From positions 1,309 to 65,308 of the forward strand of contig JBDLTT010000040.1 of assembly GCA_039805725.1 (NCBI GenBank): DNA of 64,000 bases, written 5' to 3'. Under the pieces are notes generated by a model. That model searched no databases and was not told where the DNA came from. It saw only the letters and a list, made by a program, of their open reading frames with translations. Of the stretch, positions 14,476 to 25,835 are shown in pieces (position 1 is the stretch's first letter; the number at the start of each line of letters is the position of its first letter). Source of the stretch: Pseudomonadota bacterium (GTDB lineage Bacteria; Pseudomonadota; Gammaproteobacteria; Burkholderiales; Rhodocyclaceae). The position numbers were made by a program, and so were the translations under genes.

Positions 14476-15069
14476 TTACTTGAAGAGGTGGATAAAGCGC
14501 CACCACCACGAATCACTCTCTGGTTCGGAACCCTCTTCCGGGCCTTCAGTTCCCTCGGGCAATGCGCCAAGGTCGATAACCTGCGGCTCATTCGCCCGTG
14601 CCGCCCCCGCGACACCCGCCGCTGCGGCCGCATCCGCATCCAGATTCCCAGAAAATTGCACTTCGGCCGGTTGGCCCGCGGCGACGTCGCCGCCCACGCG
14701 TTGCAACAAGCCCGCCGAATTGAAATACATGAAGATGTTACGCATCGTGATCTCGCCGGTCTGTCCGTTTTCGAAACGATAGACATAATCCCAGCGATCG
14801 GCGTGGAAGGGATCCTGCAAGAGCGGCGTACCCAGGACGTAACGCACCTGGTCACGCGTCATACCTGGCCGCAACTGAACGATCTGCTTCTGTTCAACCA
14901 GGTTACCCTGCTGCACGTTGATCCGGTATTCCAGAAAATAACGCTCAACAGCACAACCATTCAGCCCGCTGACCGCCAGACCCATCAAGCCGGCAGCAGC
15001 CCACTGCCCGACGCATCGGACAACAGCGTTCTGGCGACGCGTCGCGGCACAACTGCGGAAAAGTGGCAT
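14476..15069 (-). CDS. bamE: Outer membrane protein assembly factor BamE
   Basis: Lipobox-like [28 protein letters not shown]; divergent from fur; start uncertain. Confidence 0.93.
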   Translation of the reverse strand: MPLFRSCAATRRQNAVVRCVGQWAAAGLMGLAVSGLNGCAVERYFLEYRINVQQGNLVEQKQIVQLRPGMTRDQVRYVLGTPLLQDPFHADRWDYVYRFENGQTGEITMRNIFMYFNSAGLLQRVGGDVAAGQPAEVQFSGNLDADAAAAAGVAGAARANEPQVIDLGALPEGTEGPEEGSEPESDSWWWRFIHLFK

Positions 15070-15132
15070 GGACGGAACAGGTCGTTGCAAAAGCCGCTAT
15101 CATATCCGAAGTCACCCCCCCAGGAATCGTTT

Positions 15133-15585
15133 ATGCCCTCCCCGAAAGACCTGCAGCAATCCGGACTCAAGGCCACGATGCCGCGAATGAAGATTCTCGA
15201 GGTCTTCGAAAAGCATCGGGATGCGCACCTCACGGCAGATGACGTCTATCGCATTCTAGTCACCGATGGCCTCGATATCGGCCTGGCCACGGTCTACCGG
15301 GCGCTGACCCAGTTCGAACAAGCAGGTCTGTTACAAAAGCAGAATTTCGAATCCGGCAAGGCCGTGTTTGAGCTGAATCGGGGTGATCACCATGACCACC
15401 TCGTCTGCCTGCAGTGTGATCGCGTTGTGGAATTCTGCGATCCAGAGATCGAACGTAAACAAGCCGAGATCGCCGAGAACCTGGGCTTTCGCATTCAGGC
15501 ACACGATCTGTGCCTCTACGCCGATTGCATCGACCAGAGCTGCCCGCACCGACCCACCAAGAAGGGGCTGCAGAGCCGGGTCTAA
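15133..15585 (+). CDS. fur: Ferric uptake regulator
   Basis: GLKATMPRMKIL, GLATVYRAL, HHDHLVCLQC. Confidence 0.96.
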   Translation: MPSPKDLQQSGLKATMPRMKILEVFEKHRDAHLTADDVYRILVTDGLDIGLATVYRALTQFEQAGLLQKQNFESGKAVFELNRGDHHDHLVCLQCDRVVEFCDPEIERKQAEIAENLGFRIQAHDLCLYADCIDQSCPHRPTKKGLQSRV

Positions 15586-15599
15586 CCGGCTCAAGCGCT

Positions 15600-17273
15600 C
15601 TAGGGCTCGAGCTTCAGCATCTCCGCCGCATGGGCCCGAGTTCGGGCCGTAATTTCTACGCCGCCCAACATCCGGGCAATCTCTTCGACACGCGCCGCAT
15701 CGTCCAGCGCGCTGACTTTGCTCCGGAACGCGTTGCCCGATTTTTCCTTGCTCACCTGCCATTGCCAACCGGCACAGGCCGCCACCTGCGGCAAATGGGT
15801 CACGCACAAGACCTGACGTCGTTCGCCCAATTTCGCCAGTAGGCGCCCCACCACTTCAGCCACACCGCCGCCGATACCGACATCGACCTCATCAAAGATG
15901 AGGGTCGGCACGGCGCTGCACGCGCTGGTCACCACCTGAATGGCCAGACTAATCCGTGAGAGTTCGCCACCGGAAACCACTTTGGATAACGGCCGCCAAT
16001 CGCTGCCGGCCAAGCCGCTGACCTGAAATTCAATACGTTCGTTGCCCTGTGCGCTCCCATCGCCATCCACCGGCTGCAGCACGATCTGGCACCGCCCCCC
16101 GCCCAAGGCCAGATCCTGCATGGCGTCGCTCACCCCTTTACCCAGCGCCTTGGCCGCTTTCTCACGGCCTTTGCTCAGGCGTGTCGCCGCTTCGGTGTAC
16201 GCTTTGGCGGCCGCCGCTACGCGTGCCTCCAGCGCGGCGATATCGGTTGCATCCGCCAACTGCTCGGCTTCTTTCTGCAGTTGATGATACAGCGCTGGCA
16301 GCGCCACGGGTTCCACCAAGTGCTTACGCGCCAGATCGAGCATCAAGCTCATGCGGCGTTCAACCTCAGCCAGCCGCGCCGGATCGACATCCAGATGATC
16401 AAGATGGCGGCGCAATACGGTCAGCGCTTCCGACAACTCGTTGTGCGCGGCCAACAAAAGATCGGTCGGCTCCTGCAAGCGCACATCCATCGCCGCGCCA
16501 TCTTTGAGGCGATGCTCCAACCGGCTCAATAGCGAGAGCAAGGGTTCGTCACCCTCACCAAGGGCATCAATCGTGCCCTGCACGATCTCAATCAGCGTAC
16601 TGGCATTGGCCAACCGGCTCTGTTCTTCGCCCATGGCCTGCCAGCCCCAATCCGGTGCATCGTTAGCCACTTCCGCCAGCGCTTTGATCTGCCAGGCTAG
16701 CGCATCGCGCCGCGCTTCGATGTCGCCAGAACGTTTGTCGGCCTCTTCGAGTAACTGCCGTGCCGACGACCAGATGCGCCAGGCTTCGGCAACGGCAGCG
16801 CCGTCTTTTTGCAACTGGCCAAAATCATCAAGCAACTGACGTTGCGCATCCGAACGCAGCAGCGACTGATGCGCATGCTGACCGTGGATATCGAGCAGCC
16901 ATTCACCGACGGTACGTACTTGTTGCAAGGTCACGGGCACACCGTTCACAAAGGCGCGCGACCGACCAGCCGCCTCGAGTACCCGGCGAATGAGCACACC
17001 CTCACCCGGCGCCAACGGAATGTCCTGCTCGGTAAACCATGCCTGAAACTCGGCGTTCTGAACGGCATCGAATTCAGCCGTCACCTCGGCGCGCTGCGTG
17101 CCCGAGCGAATCAAGCCCGCGTCGGCACGTTCGCCCAGCACAAAGGCCAGGGCGTCGATCAGCAAAGATTTACCAGCGCCGGTCTCGCCTGTCAGTGCGC
17201 CAAAACCGGGCTGAAAATCCAGCTCCAGCGATTCGACTAACACAAAGTCACGAATGACCAGCCTACACAACAT
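15600..17273 (-). CDS. recN: DNA repair protein RecN
   Basis: TGETGAGKS, SGGELSR, FDEVDVGIGG, VTHLPQVA. Confidence 0.98.
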   Translation of the reverse strand: MLCRLVIRDFVLVESLELDFQPGFGALTGETGAGKSLLIDALAFVLGERADAGLIRSGTQRAEVTAEFDAVQNAEFQAWFTEQDIPLAPGEGVLIRRVLEAAGRSRAFVNGVPVTLQQVRTVGEWLLDIHGQHAHQSLLRSDAQRQLLDDFGQLQKDGAAVAEAWRIWSSARQLLEEADKRSGDIEARRDALAWQIKALAEVANDAPDWGWQAMGEEQSRLANASTLIEIVQGTIDALGEGDEPLLSLLSRLEHRLKDGAAMDVRLQEPTDLLLAAHNELSEALTVLRRHLDHLDVDPARLAEVERRMSLMLDLARKHLVEPVALPALYHQLQKEAEQLADATDIAALEARVAAAAKAYTEAATRLSKGREKAAKALGKGVSDAMQDLALGGGRCQIVLQPVDGDGSAQGNERIEFQVSGLAGSDWRPLSKVVSGGELSRISLAIQVVTSACSAVPTLIFDEVDVGIGGGVAEVVGRLLAKLGERRQVLCVTHLPQVAACAGWQWQVSKEKSGNAFRSKVSALDDAARVEEIARMLGGVEITARTRAHAAEMLKLEP

Positions 17274-17277
17274 CGTT

Positions 17278-18237
17278 TTAGGCTCCCGACGAACGCGAAC
17301 CACTCGTGGTTTGCCCCGTTCGAATGCTCGGCCCTTCGCTCCAGTGCAACTTCTGACGCAGCATCGCAAAATAACTGTAGCCCGGTGGGTGCAGCAAGCG
17401 TACGCGATGCGGTGAACGCTGCAGCCGTACCGAATCCCCGGGCATCAAGTCCACCGTCTCCTGGCCGTCAAAGTGGGCGCGCGCATTGGCGCCCTGAACC
17501 AGCTTCACTTCAATCCGTGCGCTATCCGGCAAGGTAATTGGCCGATTCGACAGGGCGTGCGGACACAAGGGCACCAAGGCGATACCGCCCAGCTTGGGAT
17601 GCAGAATCGGACCATTGGCCGACAAGGCATAGGCCGTCGAACCGGTGGGCGTGCAGATAATCAAGCCATCGGCCCGCGCACTAAAAATAAACTCGTCATC
17701 GACACGCAGCTCAAACTCGATCAGGCGGCCAATGGCGCCTTTATCGATCACCACATCGTTAAACGCCAGATTGGCCTGCGGCTTCCAACCGGCCGAGGCG
17801 CCACCAAAGACCACCTCGGTATCGAGCAGCAGGCGTTCTTCCTGGGTGAACTTGCCGGCGAGCAACAACCCCATCGCTTCGATCATATCGGAGCGGGCAA
17901 TGTCGGTCATAAAGCCGAGGCGACCCTGATTAATCCCCACCAGCGGGCGGTCAAACCTCGCTAGCTGACGTGCGGCGTGAAGCATCGTCCCGTCACCGCC
18001 CACCACCACGGCTAGGTCGACGTGGGTACCGATCTGCTGGAAATCGGCGCACTCGCCGCCGGCCAGGGCCGATTTGCCGAGCAGCTGTTCGGCCTGAATG
18101 GCTGTCTCGGTTTCCACCAGAACCGACACGCCCTGCGCCCGAAAAAAATCTGCCAAAGCCGCAATGGAATCCGCCGCTTCAGGGCTATCCTGGCGACCAA
18201 TCAGCGCGACCGATTGCAACGGCAAGGGGTACGACAT
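17278..18237 (-). CDS. nadK: NAD kinase
   Basis: GGDGT, GRLGF, ND, TPTGSTAYALSA; start taken at ATG 18237. Confidence 0.96.
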   Translation of the reverse strand: MSYPLPLQSVALIGRQDSPEAADSIAALADFFRAQGVSVLVETETAIQAEQLLGKSALAGGECADFQQIGTHVDLAVVVGGDGTMLHAARQLARFDRPLVGINQGRLGFMTDIARSDMIEAMGLLLAGKFTQEERLLLDTEVVFGGASAGWKPQANLAFNDVVIDKGAIGRLIEFELRVDDEFIFSARADGLIICTPTGSTAYALSANGPILHPKLGGIALVPLCPHALSNRPITLPDSARIEVKLVQGANARAHFDGQETVDLMPGDSVRLQRSPHRVRLLHPPGYSYFAMLRQKLHWSEGPSIRTGQTTSGSRSSGA

Positions 18238-18358
18238 CCATCCGACTCCGCAAACAGCCCATCCGGGCGATTTCCGCCCCACCGATACCGATATCGACAG
18301 GCGATCAATATATCTCCTCCCCCGATTAAACCACAGAATAATTTTGTAGAATCGGGCT

Positions 18359-19438
18359 ATGCCATTCCGCCAATCATCCGGAACCTCATCCACGGCGTCT
18401 GCGACACCGCTAGACGATCGCGCTTGCGTATTGCTCAAAACCCTGATCGAGAGCTATATCGCCGAAGGCGCGCCGGTCGGTTCGCGGGTACTCTCCCGCG
18501 CCTCCGGGCTTGATCTCTCCGCCGCGACCGTACGTAACGTGATGGCCGATCTGGAAGATCTCGGTTTTATTGCCAGCCCCCACACCTCCGCCGGGCGCAT
18601 CCCCACACCGCGCGGCTACCGCTTCTTCGTCGATTCGCTGCTCACCATGCAACCTCTGGAGCAGATCGAACAAGCACGTATTCTTTCCGAACTGGCTGGG
18701 GCCAAAACGCAGCCGGGTCAAATCATCAGCCAGGCCTCTCGATTGCTGTCCGATCTGACACACTTTGCCGGCATCGTGATTGCGCCACGCCACCCCAGCA
18801 CACACATCCGTCAAATCGAATTCATCGCGCTATCCGATCAGCGTGTGCTGCTCGTCCTCGTGACCAGCGATGGCAATGTCCAGAATCGCATTCTCACGAC
18901 CGACCGGCCCTATAGCGCTGCCGAATTGACTGAAGCCGCTAATACCCTCAACCAGAACTTCGTCGGCCTCGAACTCGAACAGATACGCCACCGGGTGCAT
19001 GACGAGCTCACCCGCATCCGCGCCGACATGCAAGCCTTGATGGCCGCCGCACTCACCGCCAGCAGTGAAGCATTGATGCCACGCGAATCAGAAACCGTCA
19101 TCTCCGGCGAAAAAAATCTGCTCGACGTCGAAGACCTCAGTTCCAATATGCGCCGTCTGCGCGAACTCTTTGACCTCTTCGAACAACGCACCTCGCTTGT
19201 TCGCCTACTCGATCTTTCGCAACAAGCCGCCGGCGTCCGCCTGTACATCGGCCAGGAATCCGGCATCGCCACACTCGACGAATGCAGCGTCGTCACTGCG
19301 CCGTATCAGGTTGAAGGCCAAGTGGTGGGTTCGGTCGGCGTCATCGGCCCGACCCGCATGGCCTACGACCGTGTCATTCCCATCGTCGACATCACCGCCC
19401 GCCTGCTCTCGAGCGCACTCACCGAACAGGCTCACTAA
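18359..19438 (+). CDS. hrcA: Heat-inducible transcription repressor HrcA
   Basis: PVGS, SAATVRNVMADLE, PHTSAGRIPT, GPTRMAY. Confidence 0.98.
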   Translation: MPFRQSSGTSSTASATPLDDRACVLLKTLIESYIAEGAPVGSRVLSRASGLDLSAATVRNVMADLEDLGFIASPHTSAGRIPTPRGYRFFVDSLLTMQPLEQIEQARILSELAGAKTQPGQIISQASRLLSDLTHFAGIVIAPRHPSTHIRQIEFIALSDQRVLLVLVTSDGNVQNRILTTDRPYSAAELTEAANTLNQNFVGLELEQIRHRVHDELTRIRADMQALMAAALTASSEALMPRESETVISGEKNLLDVEDLSSNMRRLRELFDLFEQRTSLVRLLDLSQQAAGVRLYIGQESGIATLDECSVVTAPYQVEGQVVGSVGVIGPTRMAYDRVIPIVDITARLLSSALTEQAH

Positions 19439-19448
19439 GGCCATCCTC

Positions 19449-20570
19449 ATGAATAAAGATGTTCCCGTCTGGCGTCACGGCACGCCGCCACGTACTGCGC
19501 TTGTTCTGGTGAATTTGGGTACGCCCGATGCACCCAATGCCGCCGCCGTCCGCCGTTACCTCGCCGAATTCCTCGGTGATCCGCGCGTCGTGGAAATTCC
19601 GCGTCTGCTCTGGCTGGCCATTCTGCACGGCATCATCTTGCGCGTGCGCCCGAGAAAGTCGGCAGCCAAATACGCCACCATCTGGACGGACGCTGGTTCA
19701 CCCCTGCTTGTGCATACCGAAGCCCAGGCGCGACTGCTGGCCAGCACGCTGCACCAACGCGGCCACGACCTCATCGTCACCTGGGCCATGCGCTACGCCG
19801 GCAACGGGCCGCGCAGCATTCCGGCGGTGCTGGAACAGCTGCGCCGCGAAAACGCCACCCGCATTCTGCTCTTGCCGATGTACCCGCAGTACTCGGCCAG
19901 CACGACAGCCACGGCGATTGATCAGGCGCTGAACTGGGTCACCACGCTGCGCAACCAACCTGAATTACGCTATGTCCGCAATTTCGCCGACGACACCGGT
20001 TATATCAACGCCATAACCTGCGAGATACGCTCACATTGGCAGCAAAACCCGCCCCCCATGCTTCCCGATCCCAGCTATCGCCTGGTCATGAGCTTTCATG
20101 GCCTGCCCGAGCGCAACCTTAAACTGGGTGACCCGTATTTCTGCGAATGCCACAAAACGGCCCGTCTGGTCGCCGAAGCGCTCAACCTGCCCGCCGAATC
20201 GGTGGTCACCACCTTCCAATCACGCTTTGGTAAAGCCAAGTGGCTGCAACCCTATACCGAACCGACGCTCATCGACCTGGCCCAGCAAGGCGTCAAACGC
20301 ATCGATATTCTGTGCCCCGGTTTTGTGGCGGACTGCCTGGAAACGTTGGAAGAAATCAACATGGAAGTCCGCGCCGCCTTCCTCACGGCCGGTGGTGAGC
20401 ACTTCCATTACCTGCCGTGCCTGAACGAAACGCCGGCCTGGATGACCGCCCTCGCCGACCTCACTGAACGTCACCTGGCTGGCTGGCCCGCGACAGCAAC
20501 AGGCACCCCTGCGAAAGCAGCCCTGGAACAGCAGGCCGCCCGCGCCAAGACGCTCGGCGCACTTGAATAA
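19449..20570 (+). CDS. hemH: Ferrochelatase
   Basis: NLGTP, YPQYS, SFHGLP, FQSRFG, DCLETLEEI. Confidence 0.97.
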   Translation: MNKDVPVWRHGTPPRTALVLVNLGTPDAPNAAAVRRYLAEFLGDPRVVEIPRLLWLAILHGIILRVRPRKSAAKYATIWTDAGSPLLVHTEAQARLLASTLHQRGHDLIVTWAMRYAGNGPRSIPAVLEQLRRENATRILLLPMYPQYSASTTATAIDQALNWVTTLRNQPELRYVRNFADDTGYINAITCEIRSHWQQNPPPMLPDPSYRLVMSFHGLPERNLKLGDPYFCECHKTARLVAEALNLPAESVVTTFQSRFGKAKWLQPYTEPTLIDLAQQGVKRIDILCPGFVADCLETLEEINMEVRAAFLTAGGEHFHYLPCLNETPAWMTALADLTERHLAGWPATATGTPAKAALEQQAARAKTLGALE

Positions 20571-20589
20571 TCGTACGCCGCCCCCAACT
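20562..20589 (+). promoter_or_regulatory. Sigma-32-like promoter for grpE
   Basis: CTTGAA-N14-CCCCAACT overlapping the hemH stop. Confidence 0.6.
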
Positions 20590-20634
20590 AATGGCAAACA
20601 TCCTCTTTAGAAGCATTCACGGAACACAACCGAC

Positions 20635-21165
20635 ATGACCGAACAACACCAAGAACCAATCGTCGAAGACAACGCTGAACAGGCAGCTCCCGAAGCCGCA
20701 GCAACACCGAATACCCCAGAAGCGCAAATCGCTGCGCTCGAGGCCAAGGTCGCCGAACTGCAAGATGCTTATCTCCGCGCCAAGGCCGAAGGCGAAAACC
20801 TGCGCCGTCGCGCGGCCGAAGACGTGACCAAAGCGCACAAATTCGCCGTAGAGAAGTTTGCCCGTGAACTCATTGCCGTCAGCGACAGCCTCGACGCCGC
20901 GTTAGCCGATACCGCGGCCGATGCGGCTACCCTGCGCTCAGGCGTCGAACTCACCCAGAAGCAGCTGCTCAGCGCCTTCGAGCGTGGCGGCATGAAAGTC
21001 GAGAACCCGGCGCCAGGCGACAAGTTCGATCCGAATCAACATCAGGCCATCGCCATGGTCGACGCCGACCAACCGGGCAACACCGTCGTCAACGTGCTGC
21101 AAAAAGGGTATCAGCTGTCGGATCGCGTGCTGCGCCCGGCCATGGTCACCGTTGCTAACGGCTAA
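20635..21165 (+). CDS. grpE: Nucleotide exchange factor GrpE
   Basis: [25 protein letters not shown]. Confidence 0.98.
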   Translation: MTEQHQEPIVEDNAEQAAPEAAATPNTPEAQIAALEAKVAELQDAYLRAKAEGENLRRRAAEDVTKAHKFAVEKFARELIAVSDSLDAALADTAADAATLRSGVELTQKQLLSAFERGGMKVENPAPGDKFDPNQHQAIAMVDADQPGNTVVNVLQKGYQLSDRVLRPAMVTVANG

Positions 21166-21180
21166 TTCACACCCGCCCTA

Positions 21181-21207
21181 TTGAAAACAGGCATGGCGGC
21201 CCCACAT
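21181..21207 (+). promoter_or_regulatory. Sigma-32-like promoter for dnaK
   Basis: TTGAAA-N13-CCCCACAT. Confidence 0.6.
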
Positions 21208-21283
21208 AGTCGTCATGCCCGGTGAAATGTTTAGATTTCATCCAACCAATCAACCACTTAGAAAATCACAAGGATAAGATTCC

Positions 21284-23206
21284 ATGGGAAAAATTATCGG
21301 TATTGACCTCGGCACGACTAACTCGTGCGTGTCCGTCATGGAAAACGGCGCACCGAAGGTGATCGAAAACGCCGAGGGCGCCCGCACCACCCCGTCGATC
21401 ATCGCCTACACCAACGATGGCGAAGTGCTCGTTGGCGCACCGGCCAAGCGTCAGGCCGTTACCAACCCGAAGAACACCCTGTACGCCATCAAGCGTCTGA
21501 TCGGTCGTCGCTTCGAAGACAAGGAAGTCCAGAAGGACATCAGCCTGATGCCATTCAAGATCATCAAGGCCGACAATGGCGACGCCTGGGTCGAAGTGCT
21601 CAGCGACAAGAAAATGGCCCCGCAGCAGGTGTCTGCCGAAGTGCTGCGCAAAATGAAAAAAGCTGCTGAAGACTATCTGGGTGAAGAAGTGACTGAAGCC
21701 GTGATCACGGTACCAGCCTACTTTAACGACAGCCAGCGTCAGGCCACCAAAGATGCCGGCCGCATCGCCGGTCTCGACGTCAAGCGCATCATCAACGAAC
21801 CGACCGCTGCCGCCCTGGCTTTCGGTATGGACAAAAAAGAAGGCGATCGCAAGATTGCCGTGTTCGACCTCGGTGGCGGCACCTTTGACATCTCGATCAT
21901 CGACATCTCGGAAATCGACGGCGAACACCAGTTCGAAGTGCTATCGACCAACGGCGACACTTTCCTGGGCGGCGAAGACTTCGACCAACGTCTGATCGAC
22001 TACATCGTCACCGAATTCAAGAAAGAGTCCGGCGCCGATTTGAAGAACGACGTGCTGGCGCTGCAGCGCCTGAAAGAAGCTGCTGAAAAAGCCAAGATCG
22101 AGCTCTCGTCGGCGCAACAGACCGAAATCAATCTGCCGTACATCACGGCTGATGCCAGCGGTCCGAAGCACCTGACGATGAAGATCACTCGCGCCAAGTT
22201 TGAAAGCCTAGTCGATGACCTGATTGAACGCACCATCGCCCCGTGCGCCACTGCGCTCAAGGATGCCGGTTGCTCGGCCAGCGACATCAGCGATGTCATC
22301 CTGGTCGGCGGTATGAGCCGTATGCCCAAAGTGCAGGACAAGGTCAAAGAATTCTTCGGTAAAGAGCCGCGTAAAGACGTCAACCCGGATGAAGCCGTGG
22401 CTGTCGGTGCGGCCGTTCAGGGTGGCGTGCTGCAAGGCGACGTGAAAGACGTGTTGCTGCTCGACGTCACCCCGCTGACCCTGGGTATCGAAACCCTGGG
22501 TGGCGTGATGACCAAGCTGATTCCGAAGAACACCACGATCCCGACCAAGGCCAGCCAGGTCTTCTCGACTGCCGATGACAACCAGTCGGCTGTCACGATC
22601 CACGTACTGCAAGGTGAACGTGAGATGGCCAGCGGCAACAAGAGCCTGGGGCAGTTCAACCTGGAAGGCATTCCGCCCGCTGCCCGCGGTACGCCGCAGA
22701 TCGAGGTCACCTTCGACATCGACGCCAACGGCATTCTGCACGTCTCGGCGAAAGACAAGCAGACCGGCAAGGAAAATAAGATCACCATCAAGGCCAACAC
22801 CGGTCTGTCGGAAGAAGAGATCCAGCGTATGGTCAAGGACGCTGAAGCCAACGCCGCCGAAGACCATAAGGCGCGCGAACTGGCCGACGCCCGCAACGGC
22901 GGCGATGCCGCCGTGCACAGCGTCCGCAAGATGCTGAACGAACTCGGCGACAAGGTCCCGGCCGATGAAAAGGCCAAGATCGAAGCCGCTGCCAAGGAAG
23001 TCGAAGACGCCGTTCGTGGCACCGACAAGGCCGAGATCGAGAAGAAGGCCGAAGCGCTGATGCAGGCTTCGCAAGCCCTGGCGCAACTGGCGGGGGCACA
23101 AGGCGGTGACGCCGGTGCCGCACCAGGTGCTCAGGCCGACGCAGGCAAGCAGCCGGAAGGCGACGTGGTGGACGCCGAGTTCACCGAAGTGAAGGACAAG
23201 AAGTAA
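21284..23206 (+). CDS. dnaK: Chaperone DnaK
   Basis: [25 protein letters not shown]; C-terminal DAEFTEV. Confidence 0.99.
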   Translation: MGKIIGIDLGTTNSCVSVMENGAPKVIENAEGARTTPSIIAYTNDGEVLVGAPAKRQAVTNPKNTLYAIKRLIGRRFEDKEVQKDISLMPFKIIKADNGDAWVEVLSDKKMAPQQVSAEVLRKMKKAAEDYLGEEVTEAVITVPAYFNDSQRQATKDAGRIAGLDVKRIINEPTAAALAFGMDKKEGDRKIAVFDLGGGTFDISIIDISEIDGEHQFEVLSTNGDTFLGGEDFDQRLIDYIVTEFKKESGADLKNDVLALQRLKEAAEKAKIELSSAQQTEINLPYITADASGPKHLTMKITRAKFESLVDDLIERTIAPCATALKDAGCSASDISDVILVGGMSRMPKVQDKVKEFFGKEPRKDVNPDEAVAVGAAVQGGVLQGDVKDVLLLDVTPLTLGIETLGGVMTKLIPKNTTIPTKASQVFSTADDNQSAVTIHVLQGEREMASGNKSLGQFNLEGIPPAARGTPQIEVTFDIDANGILHVSAKDKQTGKENKITIKANTGLSEEEIQRMVKDAEANAAEDHKARELADARNGGDAAVHSVRKMLNELGDKVPADEKAKIEAAAKEVEDAVRGTDKAEIEKKAEALMQASQALAQLAGAQGGDAGAAPGAQADAGKQPEGDVVDAEFTEVKDKK

Positions 23207-23226
23207 CGCTGGATCACTGATCCAAT

Positions 23227-23254
23227 GGGGGCAAGGGCGACCTTGCCCCCTTTT
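23227..23254 (+). terminator. Intrinsic terminator between dnaK and dnaJ
   Basis: GGGGGCAAGG-GCGA-CCTTGCCCCC-TTTT. Confidence 0.75.
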
Positions 23255-23292
23255 GCATTAACCGATTTGAATCAAAACAAAGCTGAACCGCC

Positions 23293-24432
23293 ATGTCCAA
23301 ACGCGATTACTACGAAATTCTGGGTGTACACAAGGGCGCCTCCGACGACGACCTGAAAAAGGCCTATCGCCGCCTTGCGATGAAATACCACCCGGACCGT
23401 AACCCGGACGACAAATCGGCCGAGGCCCAGTTCAAAGAAGTCAAAGAAGCCTACGAAATTCTGAGTGACCCGAATAAACGCGCGGCTTACGACCAGTATG
23501 GGCACGCTGGTGTCGACCCCTCCATGGGCGGCGGCTTTGGCGGTTTTGGTGGTGGCGCCGGCGGCTTCGACTTCGGCAACATCTTCGAAGAAATCTTCCG
23601 CGGTGGTGGCGGCGGTTTTGGCGGTGGTGGCGGCCGTGGTAGTCGTAATCAGGTCTATCGTGGCGCTGATCTGCGCTACGACCTCGACATCTCGTTGGAA
23701 GAAGCCGCCAAGGGCACACAAACTCGCATCCGCATCCCGACTGAAATCAACTGCGACACCTGTAAAGGCTCCGGCGCCAAACCCGGCACCAGCAGCAAAA
23801 CCTGCGGCACCTGTAAAGGCAGCGGCCAGGTTCGTATGCAACAGGGTTTCTTCTCCGTACAACAGACCTGCCCGCACTGTCATGGCTCCGGCAAAGTCAT
23901 CGAAGACCCGTGTACCGACTGCCATGGCCGTGGTCGCAAGCGTGAAAACAAAACCCTGGAAATCAAAATCCCGGCCGGCGTCAACGATGGTGACCGCATT
24001 CGCCTATCGGGCGAAGGCGAAGCCGGCGTTAACGGCGGCCCGTCAGGCGACCTGTACGTACAGATCAGCCTGCGTCAGCACGAACTCTTCACGCGAGATG
24101 GTGACGACCTACATTGCGAGATCCCCATCACCATGACCACCGCCGCACTGGGTGGCGACATCGACGTGCCAACGCTAGACGGCACCGCCAGCCTGCGCAT
24201 CCCCGAAGAAACCCAGACCGGCAAGATCTTCCGTCTGCGCGGCAAAGGGGTGAAAGGCATGCGCAGTGGCGTCGAAGGCAACCTCTATGTGCACGTTGTC
24301 GTGGAAACCCCGGTCAACCTGAACAGCGAACAGAAAGAACTGCTGCGCAAATTCCAGGAGAGCCTCGGAGAACACCACTCCCCGCAAGAAGACGGCTGGC
24401 AGCAGAAGCTAAAAAACTTCTTTAGCGGCTGA
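23293..24432 (+). CDS. dnaJ: Chaperone DnaJ
   Basis: HPD motif, G/F-rich region, four CxxCxGxG repeats. Confidence 0.99.
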   Translation: MSKRDYYEILGVHKGASDDDLKKAYRRLAMKYHPDRNPDDKSAEAQFKEVKEAYEILSDPNKRAAYDQYGHAGVDPSMGGGFGGFGGGAGGFDFGNIFEEIFRGGGGGFGGGGGRGSRNQVYRGADLRYDLDISLEEAAKGTQTRIRIPTEINCDTCKGSGAKPGTSSKTCGTCKGSGQVRMQQGFFSVQQTCPHCHGSGKVIEDPCTDCHGRGRKRENKTLEIKIPAGVNDGDRIRLSGEGEAGVNGGPSGDLYVQISLRQHELFTRDGDDLHCEIPITMTTAALGGDIDVPTLDGTASLRIPEETQTGKIFRLRGKGVKGMRSGVEGNLYVHVVVETPVNLNSEQKELLRKFQESLGEHHSPQEDGWQQKLKNFFSG

Positions 24433-24456
24433 TCACTTCCAACTGTGCTCATGACC

Positions 24457-24486
24457 AAGAGCCATCTCAGGATGGTTCTTTTCTTT
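24457..24486 (+). terminator. Intrinsic terminator after dnaJ
   Basis: AAGAGCCATC-TCAG-GATGGTTCTT-TTCTTT. Confidence 0.7.
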
Positions 24487-24488
24487 AC

Positions 24489-25823
24489 TCAGCTTAAAGT
24501 TGCGACACTGCAGACCATCGTCAACCAGATCACAGCTGCGCAATAAGCCTGTGCACAGTATCGCAGGTTCAGCTTCGCCAGCAGGCTGGATGCGATTCCG
24601 TAACGCCCCTGAATCGCAAGATTAATGCCGGACATCGGCCCAGCAGCAAGCCCAATCGCCCACGACTGAACAAAGACAAGCGCCAACAACAAAGGTTCCG
24701 GGTGCAAAGGCGCCAACCACGTACCAACCATCGTGATCGAGATCACGGTGTGCACCCCAATAATGGCGAGCAGAATCATCACTGCAAGTACAGCAGCCGC
24801 CTCCAAAGCGCCAAATCTGGTGAACGGCAGCCAGACATCACCCATGCCAATCAACGACGTAAGACCGCTGGCAAGTGTGCCGGCGGCAAGAAATAGAATC
24901 ACTTCACCCGCCATGCTGGGTAAACGATGATGAGCGTGACTCGTGATCGCACGACAGACCAACAGCGGACCGTTACGAAACACCGACAGGACACAAACCA
25001 CCAGCAACGATGCAATACTGATAATCGAAAGGGCCGTCCACCTGGGAAAAAACCAATGACCCACAGCGACCAGTGCGGCCAATAACACTGGGATATACAA
25101 GGCCGATGGACGAAGTGGGTATCCGACAAAACCAGCGGTGTCATTGCCCATTTGACGGATGATGTCCCGCCCGCCGAGGACCAGCAGCACTCCAGCGAAG
25201 GAAGCACCTATCAAAGCAAGACGCAACGGATTCGCCCCTGGCGCATAGGTCAATGCAACGGCCGTGGCCGCAAAAAATGGTGACCAGGTAGCTGCTGCAA
25301 GAAAGGCGCGCACAAGCGCTACTGCTTGCTCCTGCGTGGGCTTCCCCTTCGGGCCGATTCGCTCAGCCATCATAAAAACAGCCGATAAGTTGATTACCGA
25401 ACCCAAGATGTGCACGCCCAGCATCGTGCGCCATAGCGCACCCTTCCCACGCGGCAGACCCCTATCCGTGTCAGGGGGCGGCGCCAGCATCTGCAGAAAA
25501 CTGACGGACACCAACATCCCGAGCAATGCTGAATTCTGTGTCAACAGATTGCCCCACATAGGGCGGCCACCGAGCGCAATGGTTAAAACGAAACCACCCA
25601 TGCCAATCCCTGCCAGCCAGAGTGACTGTTGTTTCTGCGCGCGCGCCAGCCCCGGCCACAATAAGGCACCAGCCGACCATGCGGCTACGCCGGCAGGCCA
25701 CCCAGGCATCCCATAGTCAGTACCAGCCAGTGCTGCAGTCAATGCCAGCAAAGTCAGCAAAAGTGCCACATAGGCACGTCGGTTCGGGAAATCGTTCCCT
25801 GATGCATTATTCATTGGAAACAC
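24489..25823 (-). CDS. Polytopic membrane protein, putative transporter (possibly ion-transporter superfamily)
   Basis: 444 aa with about 12 hydrophobic segments; WSPFF motif; substrate unknown. Confidence 0.7.
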   Translation of the reverse strand: MFPMNNASGNDFPNRRAYVALLLTLLALTAALAGTDYGMPGWPAGVAAWSAGALLWPGLARAQKQQSLWLAGIGMGGFVLTIALGGRPMWGNLLTQNSALLGMLVSVSFLQMLAPPPDTDRGLPRGKGALWRTMLGVHILGSVINLSAVFMMAERIGPKGKPTQEQAVALVRAFLAAATWSPFFAATAVALTYAPGANPLRLALIGASFAGVLLVLGGRDIIRQMGNDTAGFVGYPLRPSALYIPVLLAALVAVGHWFFPRWTALSIISIASLLVVCVLSVFRNGPLLVCRAITSHAHHRLPSMAGEVILFLAAGTLASGLTSLIGMGDVWLPFTRFGALEAAAVLAVMILLAIIGVHTVISITMVGTWLAPLHPEPLLLALVFVQSWAIGLAAGPMSGINLAIQGRYGIASSLLAKLNLRYCAQAYCAAVIWLTMVCSVATLS

Positions 25824-25835
25824 GACAACGGTTTA

